A DNA stretch of 28,247 nucleotides from positions 1 through 28,247 of the IMG/VR virus record IMGVR_UViG_3300031977_000999; one strand, written 5' to 3'. Shown here piece after piece: positions 7,330 to 14,393 of the stretch (its first letter is position 1; every line of letters begins with the position of its first letter). A program made the translations under genes and the position numbers. Under the pieces are notes generated by a model, which saw only the letters and a program-made list of their open reading frames with translations, was not told the origin of the DNA and made no database searches. Source of the stretch: a virus. Lineage: Duplodnaviria; Caudoviricetes.

Positions 7330-7911
7330 ATGTCATTAGCAAGCAGAGCCGGTGATTTGTACTACACATTTCGATTTATCAAAATGTTAACCACGCCGTT
7401 TAAAGATACTGACGCATTCAAGTTAGGTATTATCGATGAGAACGGTAAACGAATCAAAAGTAAACAAGTGAAATCCACAGAAGAGAAAGATGCGTACACC
7501 ACTTTTCATCGTCTTGTTTTTAATATCAAGAAAATGTTAGAAAAGGTGCCGGGCGGATCGAGTCGTTTAGCATCTTATGCAGCTGCATTATTCTTATTGC
7601 GAGAAAAGTATGAAATTTCAGATCGGTCATTGACAAAAATTTTAAATGCATTGGATGTCGATGTAAAAGATAATGTAACCGAACAATGGTATTTACTTGA
7701 AGGGAAAACATTATCTCCAGGCGTATATCGTTTGCGTAAGGATGTATTAGATATTCCCCAATGCAATGATGTTGCCTTTAAAGGCGACTCTGTTCGTGTG
7801 AAAGAAAATTGCAAACCAATTGGTGATTTGTTTGGACTTGATGTTTACATGGTCGAACATATAAATACAAGACAGCCCTTGTATGTAGTAATCGGAGATA
7901 TTCAACGATGA
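7330..7911 (+). CDS. Conserved T4-like phage hypothetical protein
   Basis: 193 aa. Motif D..Y.FRFIK.L..PF....AFKLGIIDENG..EEK.AYT.FHRLV is recognisable from T4-like phages. Confidence 0.8.
   Translation: MSLASRAGDLYYTFRFIKMLTTPFKDTDAFKLGIIDENGKRIKSKQVKSTEEKDAYTTFHRLVFNIKKMLEKVPGGSSRLASYAAALFLLREKYEISDRSLTKILNALDVDVKDNVTEQWYLLEGKTLSPGVYRLRKDVLDIPQCNDVAFKGDSVRVKENCKPIGDLFGLDVYMVEHINTRQPLYVVIGDIQR
7860..7867 (+). promoter_or_regulatory. T4-type late promoter (TATAAATA)
   Basis: Exact motif inside the 3' end of the upstream gene, 40 nt before ATG 7908. Confidence 0.6.
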
Positions 7912-8075
7912 AAACATTTAAACAAATGTGTGATGAGATGATGACCGCAGCTGATGCAGGTATACCTCATGATACTAAAGATGCGGTGTTCGTCAAAAAG
8001 AAAAAGAAGAAACCAAAAGTTATGACTCGACACTATATCGAAGTGTCGGGTAAGAGAAAAAGACTAACAAAATGA
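7908..8075 (+). CDS. 55-aa basic microprotein with capsid-targeting-like N-terminus (absent from ORF track)
   Basis: MKTFKQMCDEMMTAADAGIPHDTKDAVFVKKKKKKPKVMTRHYIEVSGKRKRLTK. RBS GGAG and ATGA overlaps at both ends. Confidence 0.8.
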   Translation: MKTFKQMCDEMMTAADAGIPHDTKDAVFVKKKKKKPKVMTRHYIEVSGKRKRLTK

Positions 8076-8452
8076 TATCGTTTTTTGACCTAAGAGAAGA
8101 TGTCACTCCCCAACAACTTTCAGACTTAGAAAAGTTTGGGGATCGTCTATTAAAAAAATACAATATTGACATTGAGTTCACGCGGCACTTTGCGGATCGT
8201 ATGAATGATAAACGCAACAATCCTTCAATCAAGGTCGCAGAGATTCAACGGTTGTTTAAAAAGATCGCAAAAAACAAAGGTTCGGAAATTAAAAAACACG
8301 GTGATGCCGAAGCTGTCCTAAAAGATTTACAGTCTGATTTAAATTTACCCGTAGTTGTAAACTATAAAAACGGGGAGTTTGAAGTTGTCAACAAGACTGT
8401 TATGCGTAAAAAAGATTTTAAAACTACAAGTCCTGTAGTGAAATATAAATGA
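8072..8452 (+). CDS. Hypothetical protein, possible RelE/RegB-like ribonuclease fold
   Basis: 126 aa. IEFTRHFADRMNDKRN motif, C-terminal VVNKTVMRK strand, N-terminus MISFFDLRE-D. Confidence 0.55.
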   Translation: MISFFDLREDVTPQQLSDLEKFGDRLLKKYNIDIEFTRHFADRMNDKRNNPSIKVAEIQRLFKKIAKNKGSEIKKHGDAEAVLKDLQSDLNLPVVVNYKNGEFEVVNKTVMRKKDFKTTSPVVKYK

Positions 8453-8736
8453 TACGTTTTTTGCCAATAATGTTATTGGCTGGTTGCGTTGCACCTAGCG
8501 CAAACTTAGAAATACACGAAGATCTGGTGACAGGTCAAGAGTATTATTCAATCGAAGTTGGGGTGTCATATCCTAAAAAGAAATTTATGACACCAGAAGA
8601 GTGGCAAGAATACCATGAAGCGCCTGATAGTATGAAGGAAGCGCTTTATAGATCCTACAAGGAGCGTGAAGAAATTGAAAAAAATTGGTCAAATTTTATT
8701 AACAACTGTCTCTTCCGTGGGACGTTGGATTGCTAA
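8449..8736 (+). CDS. Lipoprotein, unknown function
   Basis: MIRFLPIMLLAG-C is a short signal peptide with lipobox LAGC. ATGA coupling. Confidence 0.7.
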   Translation: MIRFLPIMLLAGCVAPSANLEIHEDLVTGQEYYSIEVGVSYPKKKFMTPEEWQEYHEAPDSMKEALYRSYKEREEIEKNWSNFINNCLFRGTLDC

Positions 8737-8941
8737 ACCGTTTGTCTGGTTGTGGGTAAAGTATTTTGTCAATGATTGGGAAGTTACTATTTGGTACGAC
8801 CCCAAGAAAAAAACCTGTTATCATTTTAAAAATATAAGTATAGTACAACCAACACATTTACAAGGCACATTGATAACGGGCGAAGCCTTTGAGTTAAAAA
8901 CTCAAGAACCTTTTAACTATCAAGTACGGAAGATAAAATAA
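8666..8941 (+). CDS. Hypothetical protein with amphipathic/hydrophobic N-terminus
   Basis: 91 aa from GTG 8666 with AAGGAG just upstream. The stop overlaps the next ATG (TAATG). Start uncertain. Confidence 0.6.
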   Translation: MKKLKKIGQILLTTVSSVGRWIAKPFVWLWVKYFVNDWEVTIWYDPKKKTCYHFKNISIVQPTHLQGTLITGEAFELKTQEPFNYQVRKIK

Positions 8942-9360
8942 TGTTTGCAATGCTTAAGATGTTACCTTTAATGATTGTCGTTGCGGGTGGAGCGTATATG
9001 TACCATACTCAACAGATCGCAATGAAAGATGCTACAATCGCACAACTCGAAACCAACACAGTCACTCTTAAAAACAATCAGGTTCGATTAGAAGTTGCAC
9101 TTGAACGCGAACAGACTGCGCGAGAACAGGCAGAGAATAATCTACAGAACCAACTCAAAGCAGTGGGTGAACTCACTTCAAGAAATGCTGCGTTGACCGC
9201 AGAACGAGATGAGTATCTTGGTATCTTCAAACGTCACGACATGACTCGACTTGCTCGTGTAAAACCCGGCTTAATAGAACCAAGAATCAACAAGGGAACT
9301 GCTGATGTGTTCCGTCAAATCGAAGAAGATTCACGGGAGGTTGCAGATGCGGATTCTTAG
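8941..9360 (+). CDS. Inner-membrane spanin (Rz / i-spanin-like)
   Basis: N-terminal TM helix plus long coiled coil and KPGLIE.RINKGT motif. Directly upstream of, and overlapping, a lipoprotein gene. Confidence 0.75.
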   Translation: MFAMLKMLPLMIVVAGGAYMYHTQQIAMKDATIAQLETNTVTLKNNQVRLEVALEREQTAREQAENNLQNQLKAVGELTSRNAALTAERDEYLGIFKRHDMTRLARVKPGLIEPRINKGTADVFRQIEEDSREVADADS

Positions 9361-9793
9361 TGCGTTAATCCTTTTATTGTTTGTTACAGGTTGTTCTAGT
9401 ATTCCAGGCTTCAAACCGCAACCAATGGTTGCACCTGAACCTATTATCAAAACAGTTACAGAGTACAAGACTCTTGAGATATATCAACCGCCTCTACCCG
9501 AAGCAATCAGACTTGAAGATGTAGAATTTTTTGTTATAACAGAAAAGAACTTTGACGAACAAGTCAAGAAATTAGAAAAGATGCAGAGTGGAACCTATGT
9601 TCTGTTTGGACTCACTCCACAAGACTACGAGAACATGGCATATAACTTACAAGAGTTACGTAGGTATGTTCGTCAACAGAAGGAAATAATTCTTTACTAT
9701 AGGCAAGCAACTCAAGGGGACGCGGATACAGATTCCGAAGATTGGTTGGAACGCAATGAAGAAATTGTGGATGACCAGTTGACATCGCCCTAG
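9347..9793 (+). CDS. Outer-membrane lipoprotein spanin (Rz1 / o-spanin-like)
   Basis: Start reassigned to ATG 9347 (RBS GGGAGG). Lipobox VTG-C, Pro-rich segment and DYENMAYN..ELRRY..QQ..II.YY motif. Confidence 0.75.
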   Translation: MRILSALILLLFVTGCSSIPGFKPQPMVAPEPIIKTVTEYKTLEIYQPPLPEAIRLEDVEFFVITEKNFDEQVKKLEKMQSGTYVLFGLTPQDYENMAYNLQELRRYVRQQKEIILYYRQATQGDADTDSEDWLERNEEIVDDQLTSP

Positions 9794-9807
9794 ATATAGT
9801 GTATTAT
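9779..9807 (+). promoter_or_regulatory. Sigma70-type promoter for nrdA
   Basis: TTGACA (9779-9784), 17-nt spacer, TATTAT (9802-9807). Confidence 0.8.
9787..9802 (+). promoter_or_regulatory. NrdR-box-like operator
   Basis: GCCCTAGATATAGTGT matches the consensus acaCwAtATaTwGtgt at 13 of 16 positions, including all strongly conserved ones. It lies in the nrdA promoter spacer. Confidence 0.65.
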
Positions 9808-9843
9808 ATCTAATCCTGTAACGAATAACCTGAGTGCCTTTTT

Positions 9844-11814
9844 ATGCCTGTTAAGATAGACAAATCCCGTGACGCCCTATTACAAGATTATGCCGTCGGG
9901 ATGCTTAAAGACTTTTACCTAAACGAATATGAATCATCACCCCAAGAAGGATACCGAAGAGCCGCAACGGCGTGGTCTGCTGGCGACGATCTTCTCGCAC
10001 AGAGACTCTATGAGTACGTCTCTAAGAAATGGTTTATGTTTGCTTCTCCGGTATTGTCGAATGCTCCGAACGGGCATGGTAAAGGCAAGGGTATGCCTAT
10101 CTCATGTTTCCTTACCTACGTTCCGGACACTCTTGAGGGCCTCATTGATCATACTTCTGAACTGCGTTGGCTTAGTGTTTATGGCGGTGGCGTCGGTGGT
10201 CACTGGAGCGATGTACGCACGGTCTCTGACGTTGCTCCAGGCCCTATCCCATTTCTCCATACTGTAGACGCAGACATGATTGCCTACCGACAGGGTAGGA
10301 CACGTAAGGGTTCGTATGCGGCATACATGGATGTGTCACACCCCGACATCGTAGAATTCTTGAACATGCGTATTCCTACAGGTGACGTTCAACGTAAGGC
10401 ATTGAACCTTCACAACGCACTCAATATCACAAACGAATTCATGCAGGCGGTGATCGACAACACAGACTTTGATCTACGCGATCCCAAGGACGGTGCAGTC
10501 AAGGAGTCTATCAATGCACGTAAGTTGTGGGAACGAATCTTAGAAGTCCGTTTCCGTACTGGTGAACCCTATTTGAACTTCATCGACACTGCGAACGAAC
10601 ACCTACCACAACCCTTGAAAGATCTAGGGTTGCGTATCAACGGGTCTAATTTATGCAATGAGATTCACCTACCAACGAGTGCGGATCGTACTGCGGTTTG
10701 TTGCCTTTCGTCTCTAAACTTGGAGTATTATGATGAATGGAAAGATACTACTATTGTCGGGGATCTTATTAGGATGCTTGATAACGTATTGCAGTATTTC
10801 ATTGACAACGCACCTGATACGGTCGCAAGAGCAAAGTATAGTGCACTCCGTGAACGATCAATTGGTCTTGGAGCAATGGGTTTCCATTCCCTTCTACAAA
10901 AACATGGAGTTGCTTGGGAGTCTGATAAAGCGCGAGAGATCAACGATGTTGTGTTCTCTAAAATCAATTCCGACGCAGTTAGAGAAACACAAAGACTGGC
11001 CGAAGAACGAGGGGAATATCCAGACGGTGTCGGTTCAGGTCGAAGGAACTCACATCTTCTTGCGATTGCCCCCAATGCATCCAGTGGCGTTATCTTGTCA
11101 ACGTCTCCGTCAATTGAACCCGCCAAAGCGGTTGCGTACACCCACAGAACCCGAGCAGGTAGCTTCCTCGTAAAGAATCCTTACTTCGAAGAACTACTCA
11201 ACGAGAAAGGTGAGAACAACGAGTCGGTGTGGACATCAATCATTACCAACAAAGGATCAGTGCAACACCTACCCTTCTTGACTGAGGGTGAGAAGGCAAT
11301 CTATAAGACTGCACAAGAGTTAGATCAGAATTGGGTGGTACAACATGCCGCAGATCGACAACCCTACATTTGTCAAGGTCAATCGGTAAACCTATTCTTC
11401 CCTGCCGGTGCGGAGAAGTCGTATGTGAACAAGGTGCACATCAAGGCATGGAAAGAGGGTCTCAAAGGATTGTACTACCTACGCACAGAGGCAAAGTCTC
11501 GTGCAGAGAATGTATCAGAGAAGGTAGAACGGGTTGCACTACAAGACGACAACCGGTCTATAGTTTATTCTAAAAAGAATTGTCCCTTCTGTGCAATGGC
11601 AATGGAGGAACTTAAACTTCGTGGTATACCTTTTGACAAGGTTGATCTCGAAGAAATTGGGAAAACTGCTGCAGAAGTGACGGGCAGAAAGGTAAATACA
11701 GTACCACAAATTTACATTGAAGGTGAATATGTGGGCGGTTATGACGATCTTATGATGAAGTTAGACGCAGCAAACGCTAACCAATCGGAGGAATGTCGCG
11801 CTTGTGAGGGATAA
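9844..11814 (+). CDS. nrdA: Class I ribonucleotide reductase alpha subunit with fused glutaredoxin domain, no ATP-cone
   Basis: PISCFL, GSNLCNEI, AVCCLSSLN, LAIAPNASS, GLYYLR and C-terminal CRAC. Grx domain with CPFC..TVPQI..VGGYDDL. Confidence 0.97.
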   Translation: MPVKIDKSRDALLQDYAVGMLKDFYLNEYESSPQEGYRRAATAWSAGDDLLAQRLYEYVSKKWFMFASPVLSNAPNGHGKGKGMPISCFLTYVPDTLEGLIDHTSELRWLSVYGGGVGGHWSDVRTVSDVAPGPIPFLHTVDADMIAYRQGRTRKGSYAAYMDVSHPDIVEFLNMRIPTGDVQRKALNLHNALNITNEFMQAVIDNTDFDLRDPKDGAVKESINARKLWERILEVRFRTGEPYLNFIDTANEHLPQPLKDLGLRINGSNLCNEIHLPTSADRTAVCCLSSLNLEYYDEWKDTTIVGDLIRMLDNVLQYFIDNAPDTVARAKYSALRERSIGLGAMGFHSLLQKHGVAWESDKAREINDVVFSKINSDAVRETQRLAEERGEYPDGVGSGRRNSHLLAIAPNASSGVILSTSPSIEPAKAVAYTHRTRAGSFLVKNPYFEELLNEKGENNESVWTSIITNKGSVQHLPFLTEGEKAIYKTAQELDQNWVVQHAADRQPYICQGQSVNLFFPAGAEKSYVNKVHIKAWKEGLKGLYYLRTEAKSRAENVSEKVERVALQDDNRSIVYSKKNCPFCAMAMEELKLRGIPFDKVDLEEIGKTAAEVTGRKVNTVPQIYIEGEYVGGYDDLMMKLDAANANQSEECRACEG

Positions 11815-11816
11815 AC

Positions 11817-12521
11817 ATGAGAGGAAAAACCCGTTACAAGTCTAATTGGATACTTTTAAAAGACGAAAGATCAATTTCTTTTAGAAATTTCGTTACTGGA
11901 AAAGGAATGTATCAAAGGGGTTATCTCGAAAAGATAATCGCATTTCTAAAAAGTGATAATGTGAAACATCGAAGAACCGCGATTGATGTAGGAGCTTCAT
12001 ATGGATTCGTCACCGATCGACTCAGTAGTATTTTTGATGAGGTGAAGTGTTTTGAAATCGTAGATCCTATTAGAGAGTGTCTAAAATCAAATGTAATAAA
12101 TCGCGATTTGAACAATGTAGAAATTTTTGATTGTGGATTGTCTGATACAGAAAAAACAGTGGATGTTTACTTCAACCCTAGATTTACTGGACATTCGTCA
12201 GTACACAGGAATCCTGATATTAATCGTGATGATAATACTCTTTCTTGCAAAGTTAAAACATTAGACTCTTTTGCATTTGAGAATGTAGATTTTATAAAAA
12301 TGGATGTTGAAGGTGAAGAATTAAATGTTCTGCGTGGTGCAATCAATACGATTCAAACACACAGACCTATTATTTCTACTGAACATAATCATGAATCTCC
12401 AGAAGCTATAAAACGATCATATGAAATTGTTATTTTATTTGAAAGTTTGGATTATGAGTTTGTTCGTTCTATTGCTGGAGATTTGATCTGGTTCCCAAAG
12501 GAGAAGTCATATGTACTCTGA
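11817..12521 (+). CDS. FkbM-family SAM-dependent methyltransferase
   Basis: AIDVGASYG, CFE, TLDSF..VDFIKMDVEGEELNVLRGA..I....P.I..E. Confidence 0.9.
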   Translation: MRGKTRYKSNWILLKDERSISFRNFVTGKGMYQRGYLEKIIAFLKSDNVKHRRTAIDVGASYGFVTDRLSSIFDEVKCFEIVDPIRECLKSNVINRDLNNVEIFDCGLSDTEKTVDVYFNPRFTGHSSVHRNPDINRDDNTLSCKVKTLDSFAFENVDFIKMDVEGEELNVLRGAINTIQTHRPIISTEHNHESPEAIKRSYEIVILFESLDYEFVRSIAGDLIWFPKEKSYVL

Positions 12522-12888
12522 AAAAGTAATTGATCACTATGAAAACCCTCGCAATGTTGGAAAGTTTGACAAAGAAGACGATGATATTGGTACTGGAATG
12601 GTCGGTGCACCCGCCTGTGGTGATGTAATGCAGTTGCAAATAAAGGTAGAAGATGGTATAATACAAGATGCCAGATTCAAAACGTATGGGTGTGGAAGTG
12701 CTATTGCATCTTCTTCACTTCTTACAGAATGGGTAAAAGGTAAGAGTCTCGATGACGCGGCGAGTATTAAAAATACAGAAATCGCACAAGAACTCTCTTT
12801 ACCACCAGTGAAGATACACTGTAGTGTCCTTGCAGAAGACGCAATAAAAGCTGCTGTCGAAAATTATCGAAACAAAAAGGAAACGTAA
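12511..12888 (+). CDS. iscU: Fe-S cluster scaffold protein IscU
   Basis: YSEKVIDHYENPRNVG, GAPACGD, FKTYGCGSAIASSS and LPPVKIHCS give all three Cys and the HscA-binding LPPVK motif. Confidence 0.97.
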   Translation: MYSEKVIDHYENPRNVGKFDKEDDDIGTGMVGAPACGDVMQLQIKVEDGIIQDARFKTYGCGSAIASSSLLTEWVKGKSLDDAASIKNTEIAQELSLPPVKIHCSVLAEDAIKAAVENYRNKKET

Positions 12889-13847
12889 TGTCATTACTAG
12901 ATTTTAGTCAAACATATAAACCATTTCAGTACCCTTGGGCAGTTGAACTGTCTAAGAAACACGAAGAGGTGCACTGGATCGAAGATGAAGCGGAGTTGAG
13001 CGAAGATGTCCAAGACTGGAAAACCAAACTCACCGAAGACGAAAAAGAATTCATCACCCAAGTATTGCGACTGTTCACACAGTCTGACGTTCAGGTTGGG
13101 GAGAACTACCACGAGTTACTCATCCCTAAATTCAAAAACAATGAAGTGCGAAATATGCTCTCTTCCTTTGCGGGTCGAGAAGCCGTCCACCAAAGAGCAT
13201 ACGCATTGCTCAACGACACGCTTGGTCTTCCCGACGAAGAGTACCACAAGTTCCTCGAATATAAAGAGATGGCGGACAAAGTAGATTTCATGAAAGAAGG
13301 CGACACTTCGTCCCATACAGGTCTGGCCCTTGCGCTGGCACAGTCTGTATTCAACGAGGGCATGTCTTTGTTCAGTTCCTTTGTCATGTTACTCAATTTT
13401 CAACGGTTCGGTAAGATGAAGGGTATGGGTACTATTGTCGAGTGGTCTATCCGTGATGAAACTCTACACGTACAAGGTAATGCAAAGTTGTTCCGTACAT
13501 TCTGTGAGGAACACCCTCGTATTGTCAATGATGAACTCAAGTCGAAGATATATACTATGGCGCGGAATGCCGTAGACCTTGAAGACAAGTTTATCAATCT
13601 TGCATTCAAGGGTAACGAGGTTCAGGGTTTGACAAAAGAGGAAGTGCGTCGATACATTCGACACATTGCGGATCGTCGTCTTTTGCAACTTGGACTTAAA
13701 ACTAAGTTTAGACAAAAAGACAATCCACTCCCATGGCTTGATTGGGTGTTGAACGGTGCATCTCATGATAACTTCTTTGAGAAGCGAGTCACCGAATATT
13801 CCGTAGTCGGCATGGAAGGCGAATGGGGGTGGGAAGAGGTAGCATGA
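12888..13847 (+). CDS. nrdB: Class I ribonucleotide reductase beta subunit
   Basis: FTQSD, REAVHQRAY (radical Tyr), FNEGMSLFSSF, SIRDETLH, NFFEKRVTEY. Confidence 0.97.
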   Translation: MSLLDFSQTYKPFQYPWAVELSKKHEEVHWIEDEAELSEDVQDWKTKLTEDEKEFITQVLRLFTQSDVQVGENYHELLIPKFKNNEVRNMLSSFAGREAVHQRAYALLNDTLGLPDEEYHKFLEYKEMADKVDFMKEGDTSSHTGLALALAQSVFNEGMSLFSSFVMLLNFQRFGKMKGMGTIVEWSIRDETLHVQGNAKLFRTFCEEHPRIVNDELKSKIYTMARNAVDLEDKFINLAFKGNEVQGLTKEEVRRYIRHIADRRLLQLGLKTKFRQKDNPLPWLDWVLNGASHDNFFEKRVTEYSVVGMEGEWGWEEVA

Positions 13848-13848
13848 A

Positions 13849-13980
13849 ATGGAATATGAATACACCTTGGTTTGCACAGTATGTGACAGTCACGTAACAC
13901 TTATAGTAGAAGACAATGAAGAAAAACCCACACACTGTCCAATGTGTGGGTCTCCCACTACGGATGAGTGGGAAGACTAA
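13849..13980 (+). CDS. 43-aa CxxC..CxxC zinc-ribbon/rubredoxin-like microprotein (absent from ORF track)
   Basis: MEYEYTLVCTVCDSHVTLIVEDNEEKPTHCPMCGSPTTDEWED. GAGG upstream, and the stop overlaps the next ATG. Confidence 0.8.
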   Translation: MEYEYTLVCTVCDSHVTLIVEDNEEKPTHCPMCGSPTTDEWED

Positions 13981-14393
13981 TGTGGAAATACTGCGGTGCA
14001 CCCTTCGAGCCCGACGAAGAATACTTAGAACAATTCGTCGGGTTTGTTTATCTTATCACAGAACTTGATACCGGTAAAATGTATGTCGGTAAAAAAAACT
14101 TCTGGTCAACACGAAAACTCCCCCCTCTTAAAGGACAAAAACGTAAACGTACTGTTAGGAGACAATCCGACTGGCGTGATTACTTTGGGTCAAATGAGAC
14201 TCTCAAAAACCTTGTCGAAGAAAAAGGCGGAGACAAGTACGAAAGAGAAATTTTAAAACTCTGTAAGTCAAAGGGTGATCTGTCCTACGAAGAATTGTTG
14301 GAACAAGTTCGTCGTGATGTTTTACGTGACGACAAGTACTACAACGGTATTATTCAAGTACGAATCTCATCAAGTCATTTAAGGTCCGAATAA
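13980..14393 (+). CDS. GIY-YIG family endonuclease (T4 endonuclease II/DenA-like size)
   Basis: Start reassigned to ATG 13980. GFVYLIT..MYVGKK, YFGS, REIL, E..EQ and YYN. Catalytic domain only. Confidence 0.8.
   Translation: MWKYCGAPFEPDEEYLEQFVGFVYLITELDTGKMYVGKKNFWSTRKLPPLKGQKRKRTVRRQSDWRDYFGSNETLKNLVEEKGGDKYEREILKLCKSKGDLSYEELLEQVRRDVLRDDKYYNGIIQVRISSSHLRSE

Noticed and set aside
9844-11814. Extra length in NrdA as an intein
   Set aside because: The insert is a glutaredoxin (CPFC, TVPQI). No intein C1...HN/C splice motifs were seen.
13844-13897. 17-codon ORF starting at the ATGA overlap with the nrdB stop
   Set aside because: It is very short. The frame starting at 13849 gives a coherent four-Cys protein coupled to the next gene.
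13980-14393. GIY-YIG ORF as a mobile homing endonuclease or intron near nrdB
   Set aside because: nrdA and nrdB are uninterrupted, the protein is a lone catalytic domain without a DNA-binding extension, and no intron-like non-coding flanks are present.
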